In this document: positions 40,554 to 51,403 of the stretch, in pieces
Layout: each line of letters starts with the position of its first letter
How positions within the stretch are numbered: the stretch's first letter is position 1
Source of the DNA: an uncultured Campylobacteraceae bacterium
GTDB taxonomy: Bacteria > Campylobacterota > Campylobacteria > Campylobacterales > JALSKU01
NCBI GenBank assembly: GCA_964556545.1
Contig: CAZKWE010000009.1
Span: 17,448-81,447, forward strand
Direction: 5' to 3'
Length of the DNA: 64,000 bases
The notes under the pieces: model-generated
The model's input: only the letters and a program-made list of their open reading frames with translations
Told to the model about the DNA's origin: nothing
Databases searched by the model: none
Made by a program: the position numbers and the translations under genes

Positions 40554-41636
40554 ATGAAGTTTTTGTCAACGACTATTAAAACTGCAGCAGTTGCCGCTTT
40601 GGCAGTCAGTATGAGTATAAGTGCGGCAAGTGCCAGAGTTTATCACTGGAAACTTGCTATGACATGGCCGACAAATTTACCACCGTTTAGTGATACGGTA
40701 TATAAATTTGCTGATGATGTTAAAAAAATGAGTAACGGTCAACTTATTATAAGAGTTGATTCTAAAAATAAACACAAATCTCCATTTGGGATTTTTGATA
40801 TGGTAAGAGCCGGTCAGTATGAAATGGGTCATACTGCATCTTATTATTATAAAGGTAAAGATCCGAATACAATGTTCTTTACCACAATGCCATTTGGTAT
40901 GATAGCCCCGGAACAATGGGCATGGTTTTATTATGGAAATGGTATGAAATATATGGAAAAAGTATATAACAAATACAATATTATGGCATTTCCAGGAGGT
41001 GCAACCGGAAACCAAATGGGCGGATGGTTTAGAAAGCCTATAAAATCTTTAGCTGATTTAAAAGGTCTTAAGATGAGAATTCCGGGACTTGCCGGAGAGA
41101 TTATGGCAAAACTTGGAGTAACTGTTACCAATATAGCCCCGGGAGAACTTTATACTTCACTTGAAAGAGGCAATATTGATGCATTGGAGTGGGTAGGACC
41201 CGGTATGGATATAAGAATGGGATTTCATGAAATTGCCAAATATTATTATACAGGATGGCATGAGCCTGCAACATCTCTTACATATTTTGTGAATAAAAGA
41301 AAATGGGATAAACTTCCGGATAATTTAAAAGCAATACTTAAAGATGCTATGAAAGCAAATGCTTTTGATATGTATGTCCAAAATTATGATATGAGTGCAA
41401 GAGCTTGGAAAAAAATGAAAGAGAAATATCCTCAAATTAAAATCAAAACATTTCCTAAAGAGGTTTTTAAAGCTATGAAAAAAGCCAATGATGAAGTATT
41501 GGCAAAATATGCTTCAAAAGATCCTTTGTTTAAAGAGATATTGCAAGACCAAAGAAAGTATTTGAAAATGGTAAGAGAATGGACAAAAATGTCTGACTTT
41601 TTATATCTAAAAGCAAATATGTATAACCAAGAGTAA
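40554..41636 (+). CDS. dctP: TRAP transporter substrate-binding protein (DctP/TakP-like)
   Basis: Start at ATG 40554 (MKFLSTTIKTAAVAALAVSMSISAASA signal peptide, SD AAGGAG). The YHWKLAMTWP... pattern fits TakP-type TRAP SBPs. Confidence 0.8.
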   Translation: MKFLSTTIKTAAVAALAVSMSISAASARVYHWKLAMTWPTNLPPFSDTVYKFADDVKKMSNGQLIIRVDSKNKHKSPFGIFDMVRAGQYEMGHTASYYYKGKDPNTMFFTTMPFGMIAPEQWAWFYYGNGMKYMEKVYNKYNIMAFPGGATGNQMGGWFRKPIKSLADLKGLKMRIPGLAGEIMAKLGVTVTNIAPGELYTSLERGNIDALEWVGPGMDIRMGFHEIAKYYYTGWHEPATSLTYFVNKRKWDKLPDNLKAILKDAMKANAFDMYVQNYDMSARAWKKMKEKYPQIKIKTFPKEVFKAMKKANDEVLAKYASKDPLFKEILQDQRKYLKMVREWTKMSDFLYLKANMYNQE

Positions 41637-41644
41637 ACTCTCTT

Positions 41645-41671
41645 TTCTCTCCTCTTTTTAAGAGGAGAGAA
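41645..41671 (+). terminator. strong intercistronic hairpin after dctP (attenuator or mRNA stabiliser)
   Basis: 11-bp perfect stem TTCTCTCCTCT / AGAGGAGAGAA with a 5-nt loop, located 9 nt after the dctP stop. No clean U-tract follows. Confidence 0.45.
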
Positions 41672-41696
41672 ACTATAAATTTTAGGAAAAATTAAA

Positions 41697-42263
41697 ATGG
41701 ATAAATTAGTAAAAGCAGAGATAATTTTTGATAAGATTATCGATAAAATAGGCAAACTTTGTGCATATTTGATGCTTTTGATGATGCTGAATGTATTTTA
41801 TGATGTTGTTATGAGATATATTTTTAGAGAAGGCTCAATAGCCATGCAAGAACTTGAGTGGCATATTTTTTCGGTAATTATACTTCTTGGAGTATCTTAT
41901 ACTCTAAAAGAAGACGGGCATGTAAGAGTTGATGTTTTGTATGATAGATGGAGTCCGAAAACTCAAGCTATTATAAATATAGTCGGAGTAATTTTATTTT
42001 TATGGCCTTTGTCATTTCTTATAGCATACGGTTCTATTGATTTTGTTGTAGAATCATATCAAATGCATGAGATAAGCGGAGATCCGGGGGGACTTACTCA
42101 CCGTTGGATTTTAAAGGCGCTTATACCGTTCTCTTTTATACTTCTTATCTTTGCAAGCATAGGTTTTATTATAAAAAATATAAATATTTACAGAGGATAC
42201 GGCAGGGCAAAAACCAGAGAAGATGAGATAAAAGAAGCAATTGAGCAGGGAGGTATAGAGTAA
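41697..42263 (+). CDS. dctQ: TRAP transporter small permease
   Basis: 188 aa, four helices. Position between the TRAP SBP and large permease genes. Confidence 0.8.
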   Translation: MDKLVKAEIIFDKIIDKIGKLCAYLMLLMMLNVFYDVVMRYIFREGSIAMQELEWHIFSVIILLGVSYTLKEDGHVRVDVLYDRWSPKTQAIINIVGVILFLWPLSFLIAYGSIDFVVESYQMHEISGDPGGLTHRWILKALIPFSFILLIFASIGFIIKNINIYRGYGRAKTREDEIKEAIEQGGIE

Positions 42264-43606
42264 TGATTGGTATTACGATGTTTTTTACAGCTCTGGTTAT
42301 GCTTCTTATAGGATTTCCTGTTGCTTTTACATTTGGAGCTGTTTCTGTATTTTTCGGAATGGCTGCAGGGTTTTTTACTGTTATCCCGGATGGCGGAACC
42401 GTAATGGAAGCTTTGGATGAGGGTTTCAATATGTTTGCAATGATGCCTCATCGTATCTGGTCAATTATGACAAATACGATACTGATGGCAATTCCTCTGT
42501 TTATATTTATGGGAATTGTACTTCAAAAAAGTAAACTTGCAGAGAGATTGTTGGAGTCAATGGGATTTTTATTTGGAGAAGTTAGAGGGGGAGTAGCTAT
42601 CAGTACGGTATTGGTCGGAGCATTGCTTGCCGCTTCAACAGGTGTTGTAGGAGCAAGTGTTATAGCAATGGGTGTTATATCGCTTCCTGTAATGCTCAAA
42701 TACAATTATTCAAAACCTTTAGCCTGCGGTACCATATGTGCTGCGGGTACATTGGGGCAAATTATACCTCCTTCCATAGTGCTTATTATTTTGGGAGATG
42801 TCTTTCAAATACCGGTAGGAGATCTTTTCAGACAAGCTTTTGGACCCGGTTTTTTGTTAGTAGCAGCTTATGTAATATATATACTTATTATCTCGTTTAT
42901 AAAAAAAGATGTAGCTCCTTCAATAAAACTTGAAGGAAATACCGGAACCAAAGCTCAGCAGATTTGGGGAGCACTTAAGGCCATACTTCCTCCTTTGACA
43001 CTTATTGTAGTTGTTCTCGGATCTATATTTGCAGGTATTGCAACTCCGACAGAATCTTCAGCGGTAGGAAGTATAGGTGCTATAATTTTAGCGATAATGT
43101 ATAAAAAATTTTCATGGAAAATACTTGAAGAGGCTGCATTGGAGAGTTCAAAAACTACTGCTATGGTTTTTGGAATTCTTATAGGTGCAACAGCATTTTC
43201 AATGGTATTTACTTATACGGGTGGGGATTTGCTTATAGAAAATTTTATGACCAATTTACCGGGACAAAAGTGGGGATTCGTCATACTTTCTATGATTATT
43301 ATATTTATACTTGGTTTTTTTATAGATTTTATAGAGATTTCATATATTATTGTCCCGATACTTGTTCCAATAGCTGACACTATCGGTATCAATCCTATGT
43401 GGTATGCCATACTTATTGCTATGAATTTACAGAGTTCTTTTTTAACACCGCCATTTGGTTTTAGTCTGTTTTATCTCAAAGGTGTTGCACCGCCTTCGGT
43501 GAAAACTATGGATATATATAGAGGTATTATACCATTTATCATTATACAAATGATTATCTTAGGTATCGTTATAGTATATCCCGGATTTTTTGGAATGCAT
43601 TCGTGA
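42263..43606 (+). CDS. dctM: TRAP transporter large permease
   Basis: 447-aa polytopic protein with DctM-like pattern (IPLFIFMG, GG.A...V..A....A.TG). Confidence 0.85.
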   Translation: MIGITMFFTALVMLLIGFPVAFTFGAVSVFFGMAAGFFTVIPDGGTVMEALDEGFNMFAMMPHRIWSIMTNTILMAIPLFIFMGIVLQKSKLAERLLESMGFLFGEVRGGVAISTVLVGALLAASTGVVGASVIAMGVISLPVMLKYNYSKPLACGTICAAGTLGQIIPPSIVLIILGDVFQIPVGDLFRQAFGPGFLLVAAYVIYILIISFIKKDVAPSIKLEGNTGTKAQQIWGALKAILPPLTLIVVVLGSIFAGIATPTESSAVGSIGAIILAIMYKKFSWKILEEAALESSKTTAMVFGILIGATAFSMVFTYTGGDLLIENFMTNLPGQKWGFVILSMIIIFILGFFIDFIEISYIIVPILVPIADTIGINPMWYAILIAMNLQSSFLTPPFGFSLFYLKGVAPPSVKTMDIYRGIIPFIIIQMIILGIVIVYPGFFGMHS

Positions 43607-44361
43607 ATAAAAAAACAGTAGGGTTGTTTATACCTTGCTATGTAGATGAAATTTATCCGAAAGCAGCCTTGGCAACCCTGAGGCTGCTTGAAAAATTTAA
43701 TTTTAAAGTTGAGTATCCTTTAAAACAGACATGTTGCGGACAGCCTATGGCAAATACAGGCTGTGCAAGTGATACAAAAAAATTAGCTCTTAGATTTATA
43801 GATATATTTTACAAATTTGACTATATAGTGGCTCCAAGTGCAAGCTGTGTTTCTATGGTAAAAAATCACTATAGCGATTTTATTGAAACTGATAAAAAAT
43901 ATCAAAAAGTTCAAAACTCTATATATGAGATATGCGAATTTTTAACCGATATAGTTAATGTAAAAGAACTTGATGTAAGTTTTCCGCATAAAGTGGGTTT
44001 TCATCAAAGTTGCCATGGACTGAGAGAACTTTATCTTGGCACCGCTTCAGAATTAAATGAACCCTACTACTCAAAACCGCTAAAGCTTTTAAAAATGGTA
44101 AATGATATAGAAATAGTTAAATTAAAAAGACCGGACGAGTGTTGTGGTTTCGGAGGAACTTTCAGTATAAATGAACCCGAAATATCTATAAAAATGGGCA
44201 ATGACAGAGTGCTTGATCATTTAAATGCAGGTGCAAAATATATAGTTGGATATGATAGTTCATGTCTTATGCATATGGATGGAATTATAAAAGCCAATAA
44301 TTATGATATAAAGATACTGCATATAGTCCAAATCCTTGCAGGTTTAGAAAATGAGTCATAA
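43603..44361 (+). CDS. lutA: lactate utilization protein A, (Fe-S)-binding CCG-domain oxidoreductase
   Basis: 252 aa with two CCG motifs (QTCCGQP, ECCGFGG). The start overlaps the dctM stop. Confidence 0.8.
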   Translation: MNKKTVGLFIPCYVDEIYPKAALATLRLLEKFNFKVEYPLKQTCCGQPMANTGCASDTKKLALRFIDIFYKFDYIVAPSASCVSMVKNHYSDFIETDKKYQKVQNSIYEICEFLTDIVNVKELDVSFPHKVGFHQSCHGLRELYLGTASELNEPYYSKPLKLLKMVNDIEIVKLKRPDECCGFGGTFSINEPEISIKMGNDRVLDHLNAGAKYIVGYDSSCLMHMDGIIKANNYDIKILHIVQILAGLENES

Positions 44362-45706
44362 AGATAAGGCTAAAGAGTTTTTAAAAGATATCTCTTTTGC
44401 TTCTTGGCAGGATGAAGCTTTGTGGTTTGTAAGAAGCAAAAGGGATATTGCAGTAAAAGAGATAAAAGAGTGGGAAGAGTTAAGAAAAAAAGCTGACAAT
44501 ATAAAAGCCCATACTATAAGCCGATTAGAATATTATCTTGAAGAGTTTGAAGAAAATGCCAAAAAGAACGGTATGGTTATACACTATGCAAAAGATGCAC
44601 TTGAACACAATAAAATAGTTTTTGATATTTTAAAAAAATATGGAGTTAAAAAAGTTGTAAAAAGCAAATCAATGCTTACCGAAGAGTGTCGTTTAAATCC
44701 GTTTTTAGAGCATAAGGGCATAGAAGTAATAGATACTGATTTGGGAGAGAGAATAATTCAGTTAAGAGGTGAAAAACCAAGCCATATAGTTCTTCCCGCA
44801 ATTCATCTTAAAAAGGAACAAGTCGGAGAAACTTTTAGAAAATTTTTAAAAACCAAAGATGGCAATAATGATCCGACTTATCTTACAAAAGCTGCGAGAG
44901 AACATTTAAGAGAAAAATTTTTAAGTGCCGATGCGGCTATTACGGGAGTAAATTTTGCTATAAGTGAGAATGGAAGTTTTGTAGTCTGCACAAATGAAGG
45001 CAATGCGGATATGGGAACAAGCCTTACAAATCTTCATATAGCTTGTATGGGGATAGAAAAAATCATACCGAAAGTCAGTCATTTAGGTATTTTTATCAGA
45101 CTTTTGGCAAGAAGTGCAACAGGACAAGCTATTACCACTTATACTTCACACTACATAAAACCGGCAAATCATACAAAGATTCATATAGTTATAGTAGATA
45201 ACGGGCGTAGCAAGATGCTTTCTAAAAAAGAGTTTGTTAAATCATTACAGTGTATTAGATGCGGAGCATGTATGAACACATGCCCGGTTTACAGAAGAAG
45301 CGGAGGACACAGTTATCCTTATGTAGTACCGGGTCCTATAGGATCATTGCTTGGTTCAAGCAGAGACTTAAAACATAACGGTGATACGGTATTTGCATCT
45401 ACTCTTTGCGGAAGTTGCAATAATGTTTGCCCGGTTAAAATAGATATTACTCATCAACTTTTATCTTACAGGAAAGAGTATGTAGATAAAGGTTATTTGA
45501 GTCTAACAAAAGTAAAAATTTTAAACATTGCAACATTTGTATTGTCTCATCCGGCTTTGACAAAAATAGTATTTAAAATTTTAAAAATTATACTACCTTT
45601 GCTTCCAAAGAGTCTAAATTTATGGGGAAAAGGCAGAGAACTTCCCAATTTTGCGAAAAAAAGCTTTAGGGAAATTTACAAAGAGAGCCAAAATGAAAAA
45701 TTCTAA
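44351..45706 (+). CDS. lutB: lactate utilization protein B, iron-sulfur cluster-binding
   Basis: 451 aa with a LUD domain plus two 4Fe-4S motifs (CIRCGACMNTCPVY, CGSCNNVCPV). Confidence 0.8.
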   Translation: MSHKDKAKEFLKDISFASWQDEALWFVRSKRDIAVKEIKEWEELRKKADNIKAHTISRLEYYLEEFEENAKKNGMVIHYAKDALEHNKIVFDILKKYGVKKVVKSKSMLTEECRLNPFLEHKGIEVIDTDLGERIIQLRGEKPSHIVLPAIHLKKEQVGETFRKFLKTKDGNNDPTYLTKAAREHLREKFLSADAAITGVNFAISENGSFVVCTNEGNADMGTSLTNLHIACMGIEKIIPKVSHLGIFIRLLARSATGQAITTYTSHYIKPANHTKIHIVIVDNGRSKMLSKKEFVKSLQCIRCGACMNTCPVYRRSGGHSYPYVVPGPIGSLLGSSRDLKHNGDTVFASTLCGSCNNVCPVKIDITHQLLSYRKEYVDKGYLSLTKVKILNIATFVLSHPALTKIVFKILKIILPLLPKSLNLWGKGRELPNFAKKSFREIYKESQNEKF

Positions 45707-46286
45707 AAATCAATCAAAAAAAGAGATATTCAAAGCCATAAGAAAAGCAAATTTAAAAGAGATATTGCTTGATGAAAATAATATAAACTCAAGTATATAT
45801 AGCGAAAAGATAAAAACTTTTAAAGAAGCACTTAAAAAAGCCGGAGGTAAATCTTTTGAAATTCAAAAAGAGCAAATAGCCAAAAAAATATCAAAACTTT
45901 TTGGAAATGATAAGAAAATTATCTCTTATATCGACGATATAAAAGATAATATAATTGAAAAAAAGGATATTGAAAAAGCTTATGATTTAAAAGACATAGA
46001 TGTAGCTGTGGTGCAGGGAGATATGGGTATTGCAGAAAATGGTGCCGTTTGGTGCAATGATAAAAATATACCTTTTAGAGCTATTTTTTTTATCGTTAAG
46101 ACTCTTGTTGTGGTAATAAAAAAAGAAAATATCTTAAACAATATGCAAGAAGCCTATGAGAATATAGATATAAATTTATCAAATTTTGGAGTTTTTATAA
46201 GCGGACCTTCAAAAACTGCAGACATTGAGCAATCATTGGTCATAGGAGCACATGGGGCTGTTGAGCATTTTGTCTTTCTTGTATAA
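45693..46286 (+). CDS. lutC: lactate utilization protein C
   Basis: Start at ATG 45693 (MKNSKNQSKKEIF), which overlaps the lutB end. LUD-domain size and position as the third gene of lutABC. Confidence 0.7.
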   Translation: MKNSKNQSKKEIFKAIRKANLKEILLDENNINSSIYSEKIKTFKEALKKAGGKSFEIQKEQIAKKISKLFGNDKKIISYIDDIKDNIIEKKDIEKAYDLKDIDVAVVQGDMGIAENGAVWCNDKNIPFRAIFFIVKTLVVVIKKENILNNMQEAYENIDINLSNFGVFISGPSKTADIEQSLVIGAHGAVEHFVFLV

Positions 46287-46368
46287 AAAAGTATAAAATT
46301 GATAAAATGTATGATTTAAAAAGATTAAAAATAGAACAAAAAGACCGTATAGGAGATTTTAGCCTATA

Positions 46369-47649
46369 CTATGCTCCCGTATAAAGTTGTCTTGGTCTTG
46401 CAATCTTAGCTTTCTTATCTTTTTTTAATTCCATCCATTGGCTTATCCATCCTACGGTTCTTCCTATGACAAAGATGGCAGTAAAAAGATTTCTTGGAAT
46501 CCCGAGAGATGTTAGTATAACACCGGAATAAAAGTCTATATTTGGGTAAAGATTTCTTTTTATAAAGTATTCGTCATTTAAAGCTATCTCTTCGATTTTA
46601 TGTGCGATTTCAAGTAATTTTGAGTCCAAATTTAATTCATCTTTTAATTGGTCTTGTAATTTTTTAAGTATTTTTGCTCTTGGGTCAAAGCTTTTATAAA
46701 CTCTGTGTCCAAATCCCATAAGCCTGAAAAAATCATCGGGGTCTTTGGCTTTTTTTATATATTTATCTACATTTTTTATATTACCGATTAATTCAAGTTG
46801 AGATATGACCGATTCATTTGCACCGCCATGTGCTCTGCCCCAGAGTGCATTGATACCTGCTGATATGGCAGCATACGGATGAGCTCCTGTAGATGCAACA
46901 GTCCTAACGGTTGTGGTTGATGCATTTTGTTCATGGTCTGCATGAAGAGTAAAGATAGTATCAAGTGCTTTTATCTCTATCTTGCTTATTTCTCTTGGAG
47001 CTTTTTTACCAATATTTCTATGCATTTTACCACCAGGATATGCTCTCATCATATATAAAAAATTTTCGGTAAAATATCTGTCAATATCAGGCTGAATAAT
47101 AGGAATGCCAAGTACTCTTCTATAGGCAAAAGCTGTAAGTGTAGGAATTTTGGCTATGATTCTTGCTGCCATTTCTTTAAAATCTTTATCATCTTTAACA
47201 TTTAAATGATCAAAATAAAAAGCAGACAAAGCACTGACTGCAGATGAGAGCATTGCCATAGGATGGGCAGTTCTTGGAAAAGAGTCAAAAAGTTTTCTTA
47301 AGCCCTCATCTATAAAAGCTCTATGTCTTAATTCATTATCAAATACCAAAGCCTCATTTTTTGAAGGAAGATTTCCGTTTAAAAGCAGATAACATACTTC
47401 TATATAATTGTATTTTTCTGCCAACTCTTCTATGGGATATCCTCTGTATCTGAGTTCGCCTTTTTCTCCATTTATGAAAGTTATATCCGATTTACAACTT
47501 GCCGTAGAAGTAAAGCCCGGGTCGTATGTAAACATTCCCGTATCTTTGTAAAATGTTCTGATATCAAGAACCTTCGGACCTCTACTTCCTTTTAGCACAG
47601 GATACTTATATGTTTTGTTTCCAATTTTTATAGTTGCGATATCGGACAC
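46369..47649 (-). CDS. gltA: citrate synthase
   Basis: 426 aa with HADHEQNAST and MGFGHRVYK.FDPRA motifs. Confidence 0.95.
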   Translation of the reverse strand: MSDIATIKIGNKTYKYPVLKGSRGPKVLDIRTFYKDTGMFTYDPGFTSTASCKSDITFINGEKGELRYRGYPIEELAEKYNYIEVCYLLLNGNLPSKNEALVFDNELRHRAFIDEGLRKLFDSFPRTAHPMAMLSSAVSALSAFYFDHLNVKDDKDFKEMAARIIAKIPTLTAFAYRRVLGIPIIQPDIDRYFTENFLYMMRAYPGGKMHRNIGKKAPREISKIEIKALDTIFTLHADHEQNASTTTVRTVASTGAHPYAAISAGINALWGRAHGGANESVISQLELIGNIKNVDKYIKKAKDPDDFFRLMGFGHRVYKSFDPRAKILKKLQDQLKDELNLDSKLLEIAHKIEEIALNDEYFIKRNLYPNIDFYSGVILTSLGIPRNLFTAIFVIGRTVGWISQWMELKKDKKAKIARPRQLYTGA

Positions 47650-47702
47650 AATAATCCCCTTTTTTACCTTTGGTAAAATTTATTTTTATGTATTATATCG
47701 GA

Positions 47703-48347
47703 TTATTTTTCAATACCGTTTAAAATTGGAACAAATTTACAACTTTCAAGTTCAATTTTTATAATCTCATTTTCTTTTTTTGTAAATCTGGTGATAATAT
47801 GTCCGCTTTCTTTTTCTATCGGAGCTACTATCATACCCCCGTTTTTAAGTTGATCAAATATCTTTTGGGGAATTTTTTTGGCGGTTGCAGAAAAGAGTAT
47901 CCTGTCAAACGGAGCAAAACTGCTCCATCCGTTTTGACCGTCATCACATCTAACATTTATATTTGTAAGATTTAATATCTTAAATCTCTCTTTTGATTCA
48001 TTTGCAAGTTTTTGTACCCTTTCTACTGTAAAAACTCTTCTTACCATTTTACTTAAAATAGCAGCCTGATAACCACTTCCGCAGCCTATTTCCAAAATCG
48101 AATCAACATTTTTATCTATCATAAGATATTCAGTCATTTTAGCAACAGTTAAAGGAGAACTTATCCATTGGCTTGAGGATAACGGCAGAGCATCAAGTCT
48201 ATAAGCAAAATGTTTAAATCCAAGAGGAACAAACATTTGCCTATCTATTTTTGAAAATGCTTCTTTTGTCAATTTTCTCAAAGTAAATATTTTATCTATC
48301 TCATCAGCCATTTTTTTACATTTTTGCAGTTGCAGTTTTTCAGTCAA
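47703..48347 (-). CDS. pcm: protein-L-isoaspartate O-methyltransferase
   Basis: 214 aa with the SAM-binding motif ILEIGCGSGYQAAILS and Pcm-like flanks. Confidence 0.85.
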   Translation of the reverse strand: MTEKLQLQKCKKMADEIDKIFTLRKLTKEAFSKIDRQMFVPLGFKHFAYRLDALPLSSSQWISSPLTVAKMTEYLMIDKNVDSILEIGCGSGYQAAILSKMVRRVFTVERVQKLANESKERFKILNLTNINVRCDDGQNGWSSFAPFDRILFSATAKKIPQKIFDQLKNGGMIVAPIEKESGHIITRFTKKENEIIKIELESCKFVPILNGIEK

Positions 48348-49078
48348 TTTATTATCCCTACATTAAGATATTTTCGCATTTTTTTTATCTCTTTTAAATC
48401 TATACTTTTTTGCAAGAGTGATTTTCTATCATCTTTATACATTTTTCCAAAAGGAGAGGATATGAGTGAACTTTTTGCCATATCGCTATCGGCACTGTTG
48501 GCTATACAAACAAAACATTGGTTTGCCAAAGACAGAGCATTGCCTAAAATCTCAAGATGTTTTTTTCTAAGTTTACCCCAAAGAGAAGGTACCAATACAA
48601 TATCAGCCCCTTGTATTCTTTTCCAAATATCAATAAATCTAAGTTCAAAACAGATGATAATGGCATATTTTATACCTTCAATCTCAAAAATTTTTATATC
48701 TTCCGCTTTGCCGGCTTTAAAATATTTATCCTCATTGCCAAATTTAAACAGTTGGTATTTGTCTCTTTGAAAAGCCAATTTCCCATTATGATAAACTTTT
48801 GCTCTGTTTACAAATGCATTGCCATCTTTTTCCATCATGGTTAAAGATATGGTTTTGTCTTTTGATAATTGTTTTATCTCATTTTTAATCTCTTTTGAAA
48901 AATCAACCGCCTTTTGCATATTTTGATAGCAAAAATTACTTAGACACAGCTCCGGTGCGGTTATGATGGAATTTTTTGGAGATTTTTTTACAAGTGAAGA
49001 GAATTTTTTAAAATTCTCTTCAAAATCAAACTCTTTATAGTTAAACTGAAGTGCAACCAACTTTTTAGAAGTCATCAA
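48344..49078 (-). CDS. carbon-nitrogen hydrolase family protein
   Basis: 244 aa with a nitrilase-superfamily pattern, including the catalytic-Cys context IIICFELRF. Confidence 0.7.
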   Translation of the reverse strand: MMTSKKLVALQFNYKEFDFEENFKKFSSLVKKSPKNSIITAPELCLSNFCYQNMQKAVDFSKEIKNEIKQLSKDKTISLTMMEKDGNAFVNRAKVYHNGKLAFQRDKYQLFKFGNEDKYFKAGKAEDIKIFEIEGIKYAIIICFELRFIDIWKRIQGADIVLVPSLWGKLRKKHLEILGNALSLANQCFVCIANSADSDMAKSSLISSPFGKMYKDDRKSLLQKSIDLKEIKKMRKYLNVGIIN

Positions 49079-50084
49079 AAGTTAGACTTCCTTTGGAATA
49101 GTTTGTAACATTTCCTTCAAAAAAATTAGTTTTTTGATCATTAAACTTGCTAAAACTGTCAACCCATTTTATAGGATGTCTTGCATCATACAAAGGTTTT
49201 AATCCTACTGCCTTAAGTCTGTCATTGGCAAGATATTTTATATATTCATCTATGATATCATCAGTAAGCCCGAGTATTTGTCCGTTTGTTATATATTTTC
49301 CCCAAGCTATTTCAAGTTTTACCGCTTCTTCAAACATATGATAAACTTCATCTATAAGTTCATTTGTAAAAAGATCCGGTCTCTCTCTTTTTGTTGCATT
49401 TATCATATTTTGAAAAAGAAGGAGATGCGTTACTTCGTCTCTTTGAATAAATCTTATCATTTGTGCGGAGCCCAGCATCTTGCCACTTCTTGCAAGAGTG
49501 TAAAAAAAGGTAAAACCACTATAAAAATAAAGACCCTCCAGGATTTGGTTGGCAAACATTGCTTTTACTATATTGTCTTCAGTTGGATTTTCTGCCAAGT
49601 TTTCATAAACACTTGCTATATAGTCATTTTTACCTTTTAACTGTTTGTCGCTTCTCCACATTTCGTATATTTCATCGGTATTGCTTGAAATACTGTCAAC
49701 CATAACCGCATAGCTTTGAGAGTGCAGGGCTTCTTCGTAGGCTTGTCTTACAAGTATAAGATTGATTTCAGGTGTTGTTATAAAAGGATTTACATTGTCT
49801 ATAAGATTGTTTGTTTGCAAAGAATCCATAAAAATAAGCTGAGAAAGAGCTTTGTCATAGGAGATTTTCTCCTGTTCGGTTAAAAGCTTGTAATCTCTTA
49901 CATCCTGTGTCATATCAACCTCTTTTGGAAACCATGTATTGTTTAACATCATATCCCATAGATTGTATGCCCATTGGTATTTTATTTTGTTTAATTCAAA
50001 AATTCCTGTTGGGTTTCCTCCGAAAATTTTTCTGTCGCTTACTCCTTCTTTTGAGTCAGGATTATATATCTTTTTTCTCTCCAC
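49065..50084 (-). CDS. nrdB: class Ia ribonucleoside-diphosphate reductase subunit beta
   Basis: 339 aa with di-iron/tyrosyl radical motifs ([16 protein letters not shown]) and a C-terminal acidic tail ending LTFDDF. Confidence 0.9.
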   Translation of the reverse strand: MERKKIYNPDSKEGVSDRKIFGGNPTGIFELNKIKYQWAYNLWDMMLNNTWFPKEVDMTQDVRDYKLLTEQEKISYDKALSQLIFMDSLQTNNLIDNVNPFITTPEINLILVRQAYEEALHSQSYAVMVDSISSNTDEIYEMWRSDKQLKGKNDYIASVYENLAENPTEDNIVKAMFANQILEGLYFYSGFTFFYTLARSGKMLGSAQMIRFIQRDEVTHLLLFQNMINATKRERPDLFTNELIDEVYHMFEEAVKLEIAWGKYITNGQILGLTDDIIDEYIKYLANDRLKAVGLKPLYDARHPIKWVDSFSKFNDQKTNFFEGNVTNYSKGSLTFDDF

Positions 50085-50094
50085 TTTTTTCTCC

Positions 50095-51093
50095 TTAAGC
50101 CATTTTTACTTTTTTATCACCTTTTTGAATTTCTCCTATGATATATCCGTCAGAATTATCCAAAATCTTTTGTACATTTTTTTTATCTGCTATTAAAACC
50201 ATGCCGACTCCCATATTGAAAGTTCTGAACATTTCTTCTTCGTCTATAAAATTACTCATATATTCAAAAATGGGAAGAATTTTTATATCATCTTTTTTTA
50301 CAACCGCCATCATATCATTTGGCAGTGCTCTGGGAAGATTTTCAGTAATTCCGCCCCCTGTTATGTGTGCCAAAGCATTAATGTACGGTTTTAGTTTTTT
50401 AAAAGTTTTTACATATATTTTTGTCGGCTCAAGCAGTATGTCTATAAGTTTTTTATCTTCAAATTTATCTTCAAATTTATGTTTCATTTTATCAAAAAAC
50501 AGTTTTCTAACAAGTGAAAAACCATTTGAATGTATGCCGGAGCTAGGAAGTGCTATAAGTATATCCCCCTCTTTGACTCTGCTTACCCTGTCAAGTTCGT
50601 CTTTTTCGGCAATACCTACGGCAAATCCGGCAAGATCGAAATCATCTTTTTGGTACATTCCCGGCATCTCCGCCGTTTCCCCTCCTATAAGAGCACACTC
50701 ACTTTGCAAACATCCCTCGCTTATGCCTTTTACTATGGCAGTTGACTCATCAACAATAAGTTTGGAAGTGGCATAATAATCAAGAAAAAACATAGGAGTT
50801 GCAAAATTGCAAATAAGATCATTTACACACATAGCAACCAAATCTATGCCAACCGTGTCAAACTTTTTAGCCTCGATTGCAAGTTTTAATTTTGTTCCCA
50901 CTCCGTCAGTAGCACCAAGGATAACAGGCTTGGTGTATCCGCCCGGAAGTTCATAAGCTCCCGCAAAAGAGCCGATGCCTCCTAAAACTTGAGCATTGAA
51001 AGTTTTTTTTACATAAGGTTTTATCTCTTCAACAAACCTAACACCCTCATCTATGTCAACACCTGAATCTTTATAACTTAATTTATCATTCAT
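50095..51093 (-). CDS. purM: phosphoribosylformylglycinamidine cyclo-ligase
   Basis: 332 aa with [19 protein letters not shown] and HITGGG motifs. Confidence 0.95.
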   Translation of the reverse strand: MNDKLSYKDSGVDIDEGVRFVEEIKPYVKKTFNAQVLGGIGSFAGAYELPGGYTKPVILGATDGVGTKLKLAIEAKKFDTVGIDLVAMCVNDLICNFATPMFFLDYYATSKLIVDESTAIVKGISEGCLQSECALIGGETAEMPGMYQKDDFDLAGFAVGIAEKDELDRVSRVKEGDILIALPSSGIHSNGFSLVRKLFFDKMKHKFEDKFEDKKLIDILLEPTKIYVKTFKKLKPYINALAHITGGGITENLPRALPNDMMAVVKKDDIKILPIFEYMSNFIDEEEMFRTFNMGVGMVLIADKKNVQKILDNSDGYIIGEIQKGDKKVKMA

Positions 51094-51114
51094 AATAACT
51101 CTTTTCTTATCTTT

Positions 51115-51336
51115 TTAATCTTTCCAACTACAAGGAGGAAATATTTTTTTAAAAAACCAAATTGAAGGGCAAAAATTGGTAAATGCCCATATAAGTAGCA
51201 TAACTATTACAAAAGATTGCAATACTACGGCAACTTGAAACATACTTTTATCACCATTTGCTCCCATGGCAAAAAGATACATTATAATTCCAAGAACTAT
51301 AGCAGTTAAAATTCTTTGCATTCTTTGATAGCACAT
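51115..51336 (-). CDS. small membrane protein (DUF2892/YgaP-like)
   Basis: Start moved to the internal ATG at 51336, which has a strong SD (AAGGAGG 6 nt upstream); the track start at 51366 has none. Two helices with a C-terminal FCP motif. Confidence 0.5.
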   Translation of the reverse strand: MCYQRMQRILTAIVLGIIMYLFAMGANGDKSMFQVAVVLQSFVIVMLLIWAFTNFCPSIWFFKKIFPPCSWKD

Positions 51337-51403
51337 ATATGCCTCCTTTTTTATGTAGGGTATCAATTAGTTATTTTATCCAATTTGTGATAAAATACAG
51401 ATT

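Noticed and set aside
48324-48770. 148-aa plus-strand ORF (and 48557..48844)
   Set aside because: Antisense to the carbon-nitrogen hydrolase and pcm genes, which have clear family motifs. These are shadow ORFs.
50138-50776. 212-aa plus-strand ORF
   Set aside because: Antisense to purM. It is serine/leucine-rich shadow-frame sequence with no motifs.
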